From a virus, in the IMG/VR virus record IMGVR_UViG_3300035670_000114, positions 22,867-86,866 of that record: DNA of 64,000 nucleotides; one strand, written 5' to 3'. The position numbers were made by a program, and so were the translations under genes. The notes beneath the pieces are model-generated. The model ran no database searches. It worked only from the letters and a program-made list of their open reading frames with translations, and was not told the origin of the DNA. Position 1 is the first letter of the stretch; each line of letters starts with the position of its first letter. This document shows positions 37,465-47,830 of the stretch, piece after piece.

Positions 37465-37746
37465 ATGTTCAAGTTTCAAGTCGGAACGATCGAGGACGCC
37501 TTCGTCTACGTGTGCGACTGCAACCTGGCCACCGTTGCTGATCTGGCTGGAAAGAGGTCCAGGACGAAGCATGAGTACGAAAGGCAGATCCAGATTGCTC
37601 AAACGGCGATCAACTGGATGCGCAGCTTTGGCGTCCGACCTTCTGGCAGGTCTTCCGATGTCCTGCAGGATTTCGGCGGCTCCGTCAAGAAGTGGGCTAG
37701 CCAGTGGGATGTGCTATCATCGGACAAGTCACAATCCTCCACATGA
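37465..37746 (+). CDS. Hypothetical protein
   Basis: DCNLATV motif. Confidence 0.55.
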   Translation: MFKFQVGTIEDAFVYVCDCNLATVADLAGKRSRTKHEYERQIQIAQTAINWMRSFGVRPSGRSSDVLQDFGGSVKKWASQWDVLSSDKSQSST

Positions 37747-38084
37747 GCCAGTTATCCGAAATGAGCTCCCCGATCGCCCCAATGATTTTACACGCCTCCG
37801 ACCCAGAGTTCTCCCGGCTTTACCCGTACGGAGCGAACGTCCACGACCGATTCGGTCGAAGGCTGCCTCAAGTGGTGTGGTGTAATCCCTTAACTGGTGA
37901 GGTTGATAGGGTTTGGATAACCCGAAATCCTCTTTTGCTCTTACCGAGTCTTCTTGGCTTACGGCTCAAGCCAAGGTCTTTCATGGGCTGGTATGAGTAT
38001 CAGGTTTCCCATCGCCATGGTTTCTGGCCTGCCCCTTTGACTATTACACCGCGAACTTGCGACGAGGCTGCCAGGGGCTGTTGA
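37743..38084 (+). CDS. Hypothetical protein
   Basis: ATGA coupling. Confidence 0.5.
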   Translation: MSQLSEMSSPIAPMILHASDPEFSRLYPYGANVHDRFGRRLPQVVWCNPLTGEVDRVWITRNPLLLLPSLLGLRLKPRSFMGWYEYQVSHRHGFWPAPLTITPRTCDEAARGC

Positions 38085-38341
38085 CGGTGGATCCCCTGCC
38101 TGAGCGCCTGTTTCGTTGCCTGCAAGCCTTGAAACAGCGATTCCCTGTGACCATCTCCTCCGACCACGGCCGAATCGGACCCTTCTGGTGGGTCAACGGC
38201 GTCACCAGTAGTTCCATCCTGCGAAATGCCGTGTATGATGGATCTGTTCACACTGTCTGGCGCCCTGGTGTCTCCGGGTGGGGCAACCCCCTCGGCCGCA
38301 CCTTCCGGTGGCGGACCATCAACACTAACCAAGAGGTCTAA
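38057..38341 (+). CDS. Hypothetical protein
   Basis: Tandem operon; start uncertain. Confidence 0.4.
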   Translation: MRRGCQGLLTVDPLPERLFRCLQALKQRFPVTISSDHGRIGPFWWVNGVTSSSILRNAVYDGSVHTVWRPGVSGWGNPLGRTFRWRTINTNQEV

Positions 38342-38616
38342 TGGCTGTAACTGGTTTACCTGATCAAGTGGAACTGGCCGCACTTCTTGAGTCTTCAAGA
38401 AATCGCGAGCCTATTGAGCTGATGCAATTCCGCGCAAAGCCGTGTGATGACTGTGCAGTTGTTTGTGGGTTTTATCTTGACTATAGTGAAGCGCTAAGAC
38501 TGGCACCACGAAACGAGCAACTCATTCTATCGCGTCAGTGGTTTTGTCATCAAACACCAAGGCTTGCGTGTCGTGGTAATGCCGACAATCTCAAACTGAT
38601 TAACAAGGAGAGCTAG
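38341..38616 (+). CDS. Cys-rich hypothetical protein
   Basis: CDDC, FCH, CRG. Confidence 0.55.
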   Translation: MAVTGLPDQVELAALLESSRNREPIELMQFRAKPCDDCAVVCGFYLDYSEALRLAPRNEQLILSRQWFCHQTPRLACRGNADNLKLINKES

Positions 38617-38621
38617 GACCA

Positions 38622-38927
38622 ATGAGCACCGATTTCAAAATTGAGCCTCCGTGGCAAGAAGAGGGAGGAAGAGTCAACATACCATCCAGGTACACCGTTG
38701 TCGCCGAGCTGCCGTGCATCACATGGGGGTGGGAGCTTGATCGCTACTATTGGATTCTCAAGGACCAAAATGGCGCTTTGGTCCTTGGGGGATCTGATCA
38801 TGGACGTTTTTGTGTCGCCAATACTGATTCGCTGAGGGAGCAAATCAGTACCTTGTCTGGCTACATCGAAGCCACTAAATCAGCGCTGCAATTGCTTGAG
38901 TCCTCTGATGGAGAACTAAGACCATGA
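38622..38927 (+). CDS. Hypothetical protein
   Basis: Tandem operon. Confidence 0.55.
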   Translation: MSTDFKIEPPWQEEGGRVNIPSRYTVVAELPCITWGWELDRYYWILKDQNGALVLGGSDHGRFCVANTDSLREQISTLSGYIEATKSALQLLESSDGELRP

Positions 38928-39184
38928 ACAATTCGCGTTATCCCTACACCTACGCCTGCGATTTTATCCGCATGGCTGGGCCAGTCAGCTCGGACGGCGT
39001 TGTCCTTTCCCGCTCTGACGCATCCCAAATTCGTCAACACATCGCCAATGCTCTTGGTATGGACGACCATGAGCTGGCTTGTAAGCTGGCTGATGCTGAG
39101 CTTGCTAGGGAAAACGATCCAGAAGCCCTGAAGCAGCAAACAGATCGACTCCTGGCTGCTATGCGACTCGGATTCGCCTCGTAG
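38924..39184 (+). CDS. Hypothetical protein
   Basis: SRYPYTYACD motif; ATGA coupling. Confidence 0.55.
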   Translation: MNNSRYPYTYACDFIRMAGPVSSDGVVLSRSDASQIRQHIANALGMDDHELACKLADAELARENDPEALKQQTDRLLAAMRLGFAS

Positions 39185-39194
39185 TGACCGCCTA

Positions 39195-39446
39195 ATGACT
39201 GAACTTTCACCAGCAGCATTAAAAGTCCGCGAAGCCGCCGAAAGGGAAACGGACCTTGATTTTCGGTATGCGTCACAGATTGCCGCCGCCATCATCGAAG
39301 CGCTGGCGAATCAGGTGGTGCCGACAAACTTGCTCGGACCTCCGGAGAACGCTGCTGCGGCACAGCGCGAGATCACGCGAGCAAGCATCCTCGACATTGC
39401 CGCCGAACTGCGCGGCACCGCGATTCCTGAAACCCGGACACGTTGA
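39195..39446 (+). CDS. Hypothetical protein (LSPAA...IAAEL family)
   Basis: Module shared with 42289 ORF. Confidence 0.55.
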   Translation: MTELSPAALKVREAAERETDLDFRYASQIAAAIIEALANQVVPTNLLGPPENAAAAQREITRASILDIAAELRGTAIPETRTR

Positions 39447-39667
39447 TGACTGAAAACGCCAACCTGTTCCGAACGATGGACGCAAGGGCGTGGGCTGCTG
39501 AGTTCATGCGAGTCACGGGCGGCACTGTCGACGAGCCAACTATGGCCTCCTGGTTCGCTAATGCGATCATGTGCGGTTGGGATCATCACTACTGGCAGTC
39601 CGAGGAATACAGGCAAACGATCGCTCGTGTGCTACCATTGGATGGTCCCGCAGGCGAAGGAGGTTGA
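39443..39667 (+). CDS. Hypothetical protein
   Basis: DA..WA.EF...WFANAIM motif. Confidence 0.55.
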   Translation: MMTENANLFRTMDARAWAAEFMRVTGGTVDEPTMASWFANAIMCGWDHHYWQSEEYRQTIARVLPLDGPAGEGG

Positions 39668-39673
39668 TTCTCC

Positions 39674-39931
39674 GTGAAAATCTACTGCTTGTTTGCCCAG
39701 CAAAGATGTCACTACCAGAACGAATACGCCCCTGACCTGAGGGCCGCTATTGACGAGTATGGCAATAGCGACAATCCACGTTACCTTGATAACGAGGAAG
39801 AAAAGCTGCGCAAGGACAGCACCATCGCGTTCTGGAGGCGCATCATCATTGAAATTGATGACGCTGAGTTCGACCGACTGTTCCATCCCTCTTCAGACGT
39901 GCTCAAACCGATCAGTGTCAACCACTCTTAA
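39674..39931 (+). CDS. Hypothetical protein
   Basis: Tandem operon. Confidence 0.5.
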   Translation: MKIYCLFAQQRCHYQNEYAPDLRAAIDEYGNSDNPRYLDNEEEKLRKDSTIAFWRRIIIEIDDAEFDRLFHPSSDVLKPISVNHS

Positions 39932-39947
39932 AAGAAAAAAGACATCA

Positions 39948-40466
39948 ATGACTCAACTCCTGATTACTCCACCTATTGCGCCTTGCGCAAAATGCGGTGC
40001 GCAGGCCAAATGTGTTGATTGGTTTTACCGGGACCTGTGGCGTGTCATGTGTGACAATAATCACACATCGACCGAGGAATGCGCTACCCCGCATCGGGCA
40101 ATCTGTAAATGGAACAACAGGCAAGCCGAGTACGCAGGGCTAAAGACAGCTTCTGCCACAAGTGAAGGAGTCGCTAGTTACCCCATGAAAGAACAAGTCA
40201 CCATCTACTGCACCAAGTACGCCTTGACACGAGGCATTTTCCAATTGACTGGCCATTTATTGGAAAACGGCAAGTATTTTAGCGAGGATGCCGGCACTGG
40301 AATTGGCATTTTTTTGAACAGCAAAGAGTTCTGTTTCACAGAAGAGGAGGCCGTGTCCCAGTTCGAGCAAAAGAAGGCGGCAAAAATCGCCTCGGCTCGC
40401 GAGCAGCTCGCAAAACTGGAGGCGACTCAGCCAGTTTTCAATGATTCCCCAGGAGGGGTACGCTAA
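39948..40466 (+). CDS. Lar-like Zn-finger fused to second phage domain
   Basis: PCAKCG...AICKWN followed by TKYALTRGI. Confidence 0.55.
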   Translation: MTQLLITPPIAPCAKCGAQAKCVDWFYRDLWRVMCDNNHTSTEECATPHRAICKWNNRQAEYAGLKTASATSEGVASYPMKEQVTIYCTKYALTRGIFQLTGHLLENGKYFSEDAGTGIGIFLNSKEFCFTEEEAVSQFEQKKAAKIASAREQLAKLEATQPVFNDSPGGVR

Positions 40467-40888
40467 TGGCTGAGGTCATCCTAAATGGCGGCAACCCGCT
40501 AAAAGACTGTCCAACCGACTGGGCCGAAGCCAGCAGATGGGAGGCCGAGGTGAATGGCGGGAATCAGGCATTTGAAGCCCCAATCTGGAAATGGGACTGC
40601 GGTTTTAAGCTTGACTTTGACGGACCACTGCTTCGCTTTAGTAGTCGCTTTTACCCTCCCAAGACTCATTATGGCAGCACCTGGAGTGGAACCTTGAGTG
40701 TTATCGTGCTCGGCCAAGAAATTGAAAAAAAGAACTTTGAATGTGAAACACTCGATGTACTCCGCACTCAGGTCGAAGCATTTAAGGACTCTTACGCACA
40801 AAAACTTGTCAGGGTTTTATCCCCTACCGAGGAGAGCATCGCTGTCGAACTGGATTGCGCTTCCACTACCACGAACGACCACCACTAA
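40466..40888 (+). CDS. Hypothetical protein
   Basis: TAATG coupling. Confidence 0.55.
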   Translation: MAEVILNGGNPLKDCPTDWAEASRWEAEVNGGNQAFEAPIWKWDCGFKLDFDGPLLRFSSRFYPPKTHYGSTWSGTLSVIVLGQEIEKKNFECETLDVLRTQVEAFKDSYAQKLVRVLSPTEESIAVELDCASTTTNDHH

Positions 40889-40893
40889 TCACT

Positions 40894-41397
40894 ATGGCAA
40901 ACGCATCAACCGACACGTTTCGCTCTCTGTGCGCTGAACTAGCAAAGACCCTGGCCGAACACCAGCGCCAGTTAGAGGAGTTGTATCACCCTGACAACCC
41001 AAAGGCCGCTTGGCTAGACGCGGCCGCCCGACTGCTCGACCGCGCTGAGGTCGCCCTGGCCCAGTCCGAGTCAAGGGGGCCGGTAAGTCAAGAGCTACTG
41101 GATGCGTGGGAAGAATGCAAAAGCGCTGAGCCAGACCCGTCATTTCCCAAGCCGATTGTCTTCGCTCGCGCTATCCTCGCCCGCTTTGGCCACTTAACCA
41201 TCAAACCAGTACCTATCAGCGAGGGGCTACCGAAGGCCAAAGACTGCGATACACGCGGCTGGTGCTGGGTGCTGTACGGCCCCTATGCCACGTGGACGTT
41301 GGAGCCACCCCTGGACAGCAACCGGCAACCTTGCGGCTGGTCCCACTGGCTCCCCGCTACCGCCCTGCCACTGCCAGCAAGTCAGGAGGATCAATAA
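40894..41397 (+). CDS. Modular WLP..ALP.P family protein 1 (DUF551-like)
   Basis: ARAILARFG...PVPISE.LP...DCD...HWLP. Confidence 0.65.
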   Translation: MANASTDTFRSLCAELAKTLAEHQRQLEELYHPDNPKAAWLDAAARLLDRAEVALAQSESRGPVSQELLDAWEECKSAEPDPSFPKPIVFARAILARFGHLTIKPVPISEGLPKAKDCDTRGWCWVLYGPYATWTLEPPLDSNRQPCGWSHWLPATALPLPASQEDQ

Positions 41398-41399
41398 GC

Positions 41400-41651
41400 A
41401 TGGACTGCATATTTGATAATCCAATCACTTTCCAACGAGAGGTATGGGTAGATGGCAAGAAAACATGCTGGATTTCTGCGCAATTGATTGACCAAAGAGA
41501 CACCCGTTGGCGCGATCGGCTGCCTCGTGGCCCGGAAATCGAACGCCTATGGGTAGAATCGTTTTCTCCCAGAAAGTGTGACGGAGATCCAGCCGCCATG
41601 GAAGCACTAGCGACAAACAGCACAGCTAAACCCACTGGAGGAACACGCTAA
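41400..41651 (+). CDS. Hypothetical protein
   Basis: Tandem operon. Confidence 0.45.
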   Translation: MDCIFDNPITFQREVWVDGKKTCWISAQLIDQRDTRWRDRLPRGPEIERLWVESFSPRKCDGDPAAMEALATNSTAKPTGGTR

Positions 41652-42082
41652 TGGCCAAAACACTTTCAATACCTGCTGCACGCTTTTACCAGTCTCCGCC
41701 CTATGCTCGAATTCAGCTTGACGCGGACTCAGATGCGCTTTGCTTTATTGTCTCCAATGCCGAGGTATTCCGGCTGACTTCAGACGGAATGGAACACAAG
41801 GGGCAAGTTGTGTACGATGCCGGTGTTGCTTATCAAGAGGTCACTGCCTTCTTCGCTGCCGCAAGAAAAGCAATGAGAGAGATGACAAGGGCGGAGCTGA
41901 ATCAACGGTTTGACCAGTGGTGGTATCACGAAGGTAGTGGAATGCCTCCACTACCCGAAGAGGATCAGGAGGCGCACGTCCATCGCGTCAGCCAGATCGC
42001 CTGGCGTAACGGCGCCTATGTCGTGAGGCAGGGTCGTTCGACTGCCGAGCCGGCGCCCACTCCTTGCGGCGAGGAGGCCTAA
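41651..42082 (+). CDS. Hypothetical protein
   Basis: TAATG coupling. Confidence 0.55.
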   Translation: MAKTLSIPAARFYQSPPYARIQLDADSDALCFIVSNAEVFRLTSDGMEHKGQVVYDAGVAYQEVTAFFAAARKAMREMTRAELNQRFDQWWYHEGSGMPPLPEEDQEAHVHRVSQIAWRNGAYVVRQGRSTAEPAPTPCGEEA

Positions 42083-42282
42083 TGAGCGTCTATCAAACAA
42101 ATCTCTGGGTTTGCGAAGTGTGTGGCAAGCATTCGGTTGCGGCTAACGAGGTTAGCCCCTATAGTGATCCTGTTGTTTTCCCACCTGAAGGCGAGAAATG
42201 GGACTACGTCGGCGAGCCGCTGCACGAGAAGCTGGCTTGCCCCGAATGCGTTGATAGGGTAAACTGTAAGCCCCTTACGTGA
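42082..42282 (+). CDS. Zn-ribbon protein
   Basis: CEVC...CPEC. Confidence 0.55.
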   Translation: MSVYQTNLWVCEVCGKHSVAANEVSPYSDPVVFPPEGEKWDYVGEPLHEKLACPECVDRVNCKPLT

Positions 42283-42288
42283 AGACCT

Positions 42289-42807
42289 ATGACCAGGCAA
42301 CATTCCGCTGTCCCGCCGCAAAAGCTGGTAGACGAGTGGACTTCTTTGGCTAATGAAGAAGATGGCGCTGAGGTTTGGACTAAGTTTGCTACCTGGGCCT
42401 CTCAATGGGGCGCCGACCAAGAACTGGAGGCGTGCTGTGCCTGGGTTGACGAGAACACCGAGGGACTCCAGGCAGAATGCGCTGCAGCTTCGCTCCGCTC
42501 CGCTCGTCGCCCAGAACCAGCGAGCCTCAAGCAGGAAGCGCTGATTGCGTCGGCTGACCTCTCCCCCGTCGCCCAAGCCGCTTGGACTGCCTACCTCGAC
42601 CAGTCAGGGATTGATGAAACCCCTGCAGATCTTCCCGCTCTAGCCGCCGCCTTGCGAGCTATTGCTGGATCCGTTCCCCGGGTCAACCGGGGAGGCAAGT
42701 ATTATGCTGCCGGATTTCACGATGGGATTGCTTTTTCTTGTCAATTCTTGCGCGGACTAGCATCTGAGCTGGACCGTGCCTCCGCTGCCACAAATGAGGA
42801 GAACTGA
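42289..42807 (+). CDS. Modular ADQEL..CC family protein
   Basis: WGADQELEACC...RRP plus LSPVAQA module. Confidence 0.6.
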   Translation: MTRQHSAVPPQKLVDEWTSLANEEDGAEVWTKFATWASQWGADQELEACCAWVDENTEGLQAECAAASLRSARRPEPASLKQEALIASADLSPVAQAAWTAYLDQSGIDETPADLPALAAALRAIAGSVPRVNRGGKYYAAGFHDGIAFSCQFLRGLASELDRASAATNEEN

Positions 42808-42981
42808 TCGCCATGACTGTTGAGGACAGATTTACAGGCCGACTTTATGACAAACTTAGTGACTTGCTCCCTAGCCCAAATGGCAGCACCTGTGATTACT
42901 GTGGGCATTTCATAATAGACAGATGCCCCATGTGTGGGGCTCCACAATGCTGCCCTAGGTGCTGTAGAGAGGAGAACTACG

Positions 42982-43209
42982 ATGCCTGAGTTTGAAAAGC
43001 TGCCAAACGGTTTTTACTGGATCAGCACCAAAAGTTATCCAGATGAACGCAGCCTAGTTCGGCTTTACACAAATCCAGGCACCGCGCAAAGGGGTGTTGG
43101 CTTCGGCATCTGGGATGGCTGTGCATTCGTACCGCTAAGTGACTTGATCGAAGATGCGGTTTTGGCGCCTGCGCTGTTGTCCGAAAGCAACACAAGTGAC
43201 CACCACTAA
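42982..43209 (+). CDS. Hypothetical protein
   Basis: GAGGAG RBS. Confidence 0.5.
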   Translation: MPEFEKLPNGFYWISTKSYPDERSLVRLYTNPGTAQRGVGFGIWDGCAFVPLSDLIEDAVLAPALLSESNTSDHH

Positions 43210-43369
43210 TGGCTAACCTTCGCGCCGAACTTGAGCAAGCAGCTAGAGAGCTGGAGCTTGCGGAAAACGCATTGCTCTGTTCATCGTTCCACAACAGTGC
43301 AGCCCGAGCGAAATCCGCCGCCCATCGGATCCGTGCTATCCTCACCAAACCCACCACCGCAGAGATTCC

Positions 43370-43687
43370 GTGACCAACCTTGATGACCATGCCGAGCTCC
43401 TGGTCGAAGAGTTCGAGGAAGGCGAAAGTGTTCGTCAGGGCATTGCTCGTGTGCTGACGCGCATCACCGAAACCCTTGACAGCTACATCGACGAGGACGA
43501 GTCTGACCACGTCGTCAGGATCTCGGTTCTACAGGGCTTGATCGAAAAGCTTTCGGCTCCATCTCTTCTTGAGCGAGCTCTGGCGGGTGACCGCGCTGCT
43601 GCCCGTGAATTTCTCCAGCAGCTCGGAATGATCGACGCCGATGGCCAACTCGTAGCACCATATCGCCCCGAGGACCTCAAGGACTAG
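43370..43687 (+). CDS. Hypothetical protein
   Basis: Codon bias. Confidence 0.5.
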   Translation: MTNLDDHAELLVEEFEEGESVRQGIARVLTRITETLDSYIDEDESDHVVRISVLQGLIEKLSAPSLLERALAGDRAAAREFLQQLGMIDADGQLVAPYRPEDLKD

Positions 43688-43768
43688 GCGAACCGCGAGG
43701 TCTCTAGCCCCCTTGGTCCAAGGCGCTCACCCGCCGTGATATGATCATCCGATGCCCACCCAGCGACG

Positions 43769-44149
43769 ATGATCAATCCCTACGAGTCTTTGTGCAACTA
43801 CGACCCCAGGAACCCGGACTACGCCTGGCGAATGGATTGCTACGAAAAGGACGAAGTGCCCACCAAGGGGTCCGACTGCGCTTGCGACAACTGCTTTTAC
43901 GGCCGCACCAGTTTGGCCGAAAAGATCATCCGCCTTCGCGAGGGCCCTCCACACGACTTGGCTCAGATCGCTGATCAGGCTCTTTCGCATCTTGCATCCG
44001 CCGCCGCCAGCTCGATGGACACCACCGAGGCCGAGTCGATCATCCGCCGTGCCTTGTCTGTGGTAGCATGTGGTGAGGCCCGCAAGCCCGGGGATAATCC
44101 TCCGGCTGCGACTCCCGCGTCATCCGTCGCCAACACCCAGTCACCATGA
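43769..44149 (+). CDS. Hypothetical protein
   Basis: LC.YD.RNP...CACDNCFYGRT motif. Confidence 0.55.
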   Translation: MINPYESLCNYDPRNPDYAWRMDCYEKDEVPTKGSDCACDNCFYGRTSLAEKIIRLREGPPHDLAQIADQALSHLASAAASSMDTTEAESIIRRALSVVACGEARKPGDNPPAATPASSVANTQSP

Positions 44150-44775
44150 GCAGCACCAAGGACACCGCGCCTCAGCAAGCCTTTGTGACACACCCAAAAC
44201 CCCCGCTCGGACTAACGCCCCGCCACCTTGTTGACGAGCACCGTTTGGCCGACATAGACGCTGCGCTTGAGCGCTATAGCCGCGCCGGCATGGCTCCGCC
44301 TCATGAGTGGCTAGTCGAAAGGCGCTCCTTGTGTGAAAGCCTGCGGCAGCGTCGCCTCAGCGATGTCATCCCCACTCAACCTGAGCCCAAGGAACCGACA
44401 GACGAAGACCTGCGGCAGTTCCTGCGCAATCAGGATCGGATCCGATTTGAACAGGAGTCCCCGTTTGGCTCGTCTGACTACGACGGCAGTAAAGCGAGGG
44501 CAGCCCGTGTTGCAGACATTCGCGCCGCCTTGGCCCGCTGGGGCCGCCCCGCCATCAAGCCGGTGCCGGTAGGCGAAGGGATGCCGGGACCGGAGAATGT
44601 AAACGACGATGGTGAAGTATGGGTCGAAGAGCCCGCATACGATTATCCGTTGGCTGACACTGGCGATTACGACACCGAGCCCGGCAGATGGGTGCTAAGG
44701 CCGCTCTCGTCCTTTGACAAGCGCAACAACCGACGCTGGCTCCCCCACCACGCCCTTCCGCTTCCTATCAAATGA
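44146..44775 (+). CDS. Modular WLP..ALP.P family protein 2
   Basis: KPPLGL.P, PTDEDL, ARWGRPAIKPVP, WLPHHALPLP. Confidence 0.65.
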   Translation: MSSTKDTAPQQAFVTHPKPPLGLTPRHLVDEHRLADIDAALERYSRAGMAPPHEWLVERRSLCESLRQRRLSDVIPTQPEPKEPTDEDLRQFLRNQDRIRFEQESPFGSSDYDGSKARAARVADIRAALARWGRPAIKPVPVGEGMPGPENVNDDGEVWVEEPAYDYPLADTGDYDTEPGRWVLRPLSSFDKRNNRRWLPHHALPLPIK

Positions 44776-45431
44776 CAGAGCTAATCACACGCCTCCCGGC
44801 ATTGGCAGAGAGAGCCGTAGACAAGGCACTGATATATGACTGCAGCGATCCTGAAGACCGCTACATCTACCGCGAACTGCAGGAGCTGCGCGAGCTGGTG
44901 CAGCAGCGGGCGGATGGGCCGACGGATGAAAAGATACTGATGACGTATCAGTATGCGGTATCTTCCAAGGTGGAAAGCATTGTTCAATCCACAGGCGGCT
45001 ATCAAGGAACATTGCGTGAACACGCAGCAGTGACATTGGCCGGCCTTCATGCCGTCCTTGCTCGGTGGGGCTGCTCCGCCATCGAGCCAGTGCCGGAGGG
45101 GCCGACGGATATGGACATAGAAGATCTGATGCGGCAGCACACCAGTAACCTTGGCGATAACCTGATTGGTGTTGCCACTCAAGATGTGCCTGCACTCATT
45201 CGCGCTGCCCTCTCTCACTGGGGTCGCCCCGCCATCGAGCCGGTGCCGCTGAGCGAGGGGCCACCCAAGGCGAAAGACTGCGACGCGGAGGGAAGGTGCT
45301 ATATCTGGGACTGGCTGTCATGCGAGTGGAGGGCCATTGAAGCTCTTAACAAGCCGTTGGATGGATGGGGTACGACGTGGTGGCTGCCCTTCCACGCCCT
45401 GCCGGCTCCCGCCAGTCAGGAGGTATCATGA
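44772..45431 (+). CDS. Modular WLP..ALP.P family protein 3
   Basis: Two GPTD...WG..AIEPVP units, DCDAEG, WLPFHALP. Confidence 0.65.
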   Translation: MTELITRLPALAERAVDKALIYDCSDPEDRYIYRELQELRELVQQRADGPTDEKILMTYQYAVSSKVESIVQSTGGYQGTLREHAAVTLAGLHAVLARWGCSAIEPVPEGPTDMDIEDLMRQHTSNLGDNLIGVATQDVPALIRAALSHWGRPAIEPVPLSEGPPKAKDCDAEGRCYIWDWLSCEWRAIEALNKPLDGWGTTWWLPFHALPAPASQEVS

Positions 45432-45727
45432 CCGAGCCCAGAAATGCGCTTCATGAGCTATTGCCTGACTGGGCTATTGGTCTCACTGATAGGTATTGCG
45501 TCGGTGCTCAGCTTTCTACCAGGGATGGACGCATAGTTGGTAATGCCGTGATTACTTGCAATCGTTTCCCTTGTCCCTCGCCCTGGGAGGTTGTAACCGA
45601 TGCGGGCAACATCATGAGGTTAGATGAAGATGAATTGAATGAGCTATATTGGCCACCGAAATACATCATGGCAGTCAATACATCGCCTGGCGTTCGCGCC
45701 AGGGCTACCCGAGACCCCGGATTTTGA
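45428..45727 (+). CDS. Hypothetical protein
   Basis: GAQL.TRDGR..GNA, TDAGN. Confidence 0.55.
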   Translation: MTEPRNALHELLPDWAIGLTDRYCVGAQLSTRDGRIVGNAVITCNRFPCPSPWEVVTDAGNIMRLDEDELNELYWPPKYIMAVNTSPGVRARATRDPGF

Positions 45728-45729
45728 CT

Positions 45730-46053
45730 ATGACTAAGCTGAACTGGCCAACAGACGAAGAACTGCTGGAGTTGGCCCAGGAATTGGACGACGTGCCGGT
45801 TCGCGCTCCATTCGCTTTTGCCCGCGCCGTCCTCGCCCGCTTCATGCCGTCCGCCGCTGCCCCAGTCTCCGTAGCCGATCGGCTACCCGACCCGATAGAC
45901 TGCACCTACCGAAACGGCGACCACTGGTGCTGGGGGCAGGAGCGCAGTGTGCTGACTGGTCATGGAGCCGCTCGCTGGACCCTCATGCGGATCAGCCGCA
46001 TTGAGGAAGAAGCCGTAGCATGGCTTCCTCACTACGCCCTCCCACTTCCATGA
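45730..46053 (+). CDS. Modular WLP..ALP.P family protein 4
   Basis: PTDEELL, FARAVLARF, V.DRLP, WLPHYALPLP. Confidence 0.65.
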   Translation: MTKLNWPTDEELLELAQELDDVPVRAPFAFARAVLARFMPSAAAPVSVADRLPDPIDCTYRNGDHWCWGQERSVLTGHGAARWTLMRISRIEEEAVAWLPHYALPLP

Positions 46054-46499
46054 CGAAAACCCTCAACGGCAAACGCTGGTGGACGATTGGAGTGCCATTG
46101 CGCAGCGGCGTGTGGGCCGATCAGTGTGACGGCCTGCGTGCGGCCTGGCGTGGCCCCGACCTTGCGGGTCAGGAGTTCCCTGTCTTGAGCGTTGTCGTCT
46201 ACCCTCCCGCGACTCGTCCAGCCAGTCAACGCATCGTCGGCCTCCTCGAATCCCTGCCGACTGCCGGTCTGCGCCTCTACTCGTCTGGCCTGCCTCCTAG
46301 CCCCGGGACGACGCCCTCTACCCTCGCGGCTACCCGCATCCGCAAATTCATCGACGAGTGTCGCAAGATGCGTGGCCTTGACCCGCAATGCGTTTACCGT
46401 GTTCATGCTGGCGACAGCGAGAGGGAGGCCTCGATTACGATTGACGACCTTGAGGAGCTGACCTTGTGTGTCTTGTCGGCTCAGGGGAAATGCGCGTGA
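46050..46499 (+). CDS. Hypothetical protein
   Basis: ATGA coupling. Confidence 0.45.
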   Translation: MTKTLNGKRWWTIGVPLRSGVWADQCDGLRAAWRGPDLAGQEFPVLSVVVYPPATRPASQRIVGLLESLPTAGLRLYSSGLPPSPGTTPSTLAATRIRKFIDECRKMRGLDPQCVYRVHAGDSEREASITIDDLEELTLCVLSAQGKCA

Positions 46500-46562
46500 T
46501 AATCGTTCTCAGTCGGCACTAGCCGTCACCTTGCATTACATCCACCTCACCCACCACCACCA

Positions 46563-46769
46563 ATGACCCGCCGCAACCTCGGTCCCCGCACCTCCGCCCT
46601 GGTAGGCCACCTGTTCACCAATGCAGTCGTCTTCCTCTGCGGAGGCATCTTCTTCCAGAACATCAGGCTAATCATCCCCTCCGCTGGCCTTGGGTACCAA
46701 CCAAGCTGGTTTGCCTTGGCGGCCTCCGTCGCCTACGCCGCCTACCATGTCAATCGCACCAGGCCCTAG
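46563..46769 (+). CDS. Small membrane protein
   Basis: Two hydrophobic stretches. Confidence 0.5.
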   Translation: MTRRNLGPRTSALVGHLFTNAVVFLCGGIFFQNIRLIIPSAGLGYQPSWFALAASVAYAAYHVNRTRP

Positions 46770-47034
46770 CGGTTTCTGCCGAGCCGTGTTATCGTTGCCG
46801 CAGCCTCCACTCTTTCCATGAGCCCAACGATCCAGCAGGTCAGGCTTGAAAAAAGCTTGCTAGGTACCGCTATCGGCGGCCTGCTCAACGAATTTCATGC
46901 CAGAAACGGTTGCAGCGTGCCTCAGGTAAGGGTCCAGCTTTTCAAGACACTCGATGGCTCGTGCCGTCACGTCGTTGAAGTCGAAATCGAGCTGTAGCTC
47001 GCCCAATCACACTAGCTCACGTCCTCCCCACTCC

Positions 47035-47292
47035 ATGCAGGACTACTCCGCCCTCGACGACGCCATCTGCCGCTTCCTGGAAGCCAACGACGGCCATCCG
47101 ACCAACAACAGCGCCCTCTGCGAGATCGCTGGCAAATACGCGCCAAGCAATGTCGCCTGGCGATTGGTCGATCGCCGCATGCAAGCCATGAAGAAGTCCG
47201 GTCGGATTGCTTTTGTCGGCAGGGGGCGCAACAACCCATCCGGCCGAAGCCATGGCTGGATTGTCCGTCAACCTGGATTTACCAATGACTAG
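47035..47292 (+). CDS. Winged-helix-like hypothetical protein
   Basis: DY..LD.AI...DRRMQAMKK.G.I. Confidence 0.55.
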   Translation: MQDYSALDDAICRFLEANDGHPTNNSALCEIAGKYAPSNVAWRLVDRRMQAMKKSGRIAFVGRGRNNPSGRSHGWIVRQPGFTND

Positions 47293-47830
47293 TACGACGC
47301 GCAAGATAAAGCGCGGAGCCTCGTGGTACAACCTTGGGCTTGCCCTCTGTTCATCTTTCTGCGTATCCTCCCCCTCGTGCCGGTTCAACACGGGCACCGG
47401 CCTCCGCCTTTGTTGCTCCCCTCCTGTTCCTCCGGTCATGCCTTGGGCTCCCACCGCCGCAGGCCACTTCTGTCTTGAATGTGTCTTGGATGTGCTTCTG
47501 GGGCTCAGTCCTGTAAGACATCTGCCGTGGTGTTTCCAGTTCGACTCAACGCCGCAGGGGTTCAGTTTCTGGTGGGACATTGCAGGTGGCAGGAAAGATT
47601 TCGACTGCGCTCGCCCGATCCTGCTGCATTGGGTCAGGCAAGCCTTCATCGAGTCACGCGCCGAGCGACGAGTGTTCCGCGATCTATGTGAAGACGTCCT
47701 TCGCTATTACCACGGCGAAGCCCCTTACGACTTCAGGTCGCTCAACCCGTACGATAGAGACAACGCACGCCACGACGCCTGGTCTGATATATCTCAGCGC
47801 CTGTCGTCTGCCCTGAAGGACTTTCCGTGA
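47285..47830 (+). CDS. Hypothetical protein with TPQG..FW motif
   Basis: FQFDSTPQGFSFW; start uncertain. Confidence 0.45.
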   Translation: MTSTTRKIKRGASWYNLGLALCSSFCVSSPSCRFNTGTGLRLCCSPPVPPVMPWAPTAAGHFCLECVLDVLLGLSPVRHLPWCFQFDSTPQGFSFWWDIAGGRKDFDCARPILLHWVRQAFIESRAERRVFRDLCEDVLRYYHGEAPYDFRSLNPYDRDNARHDAWSDISQRLSSALKDFP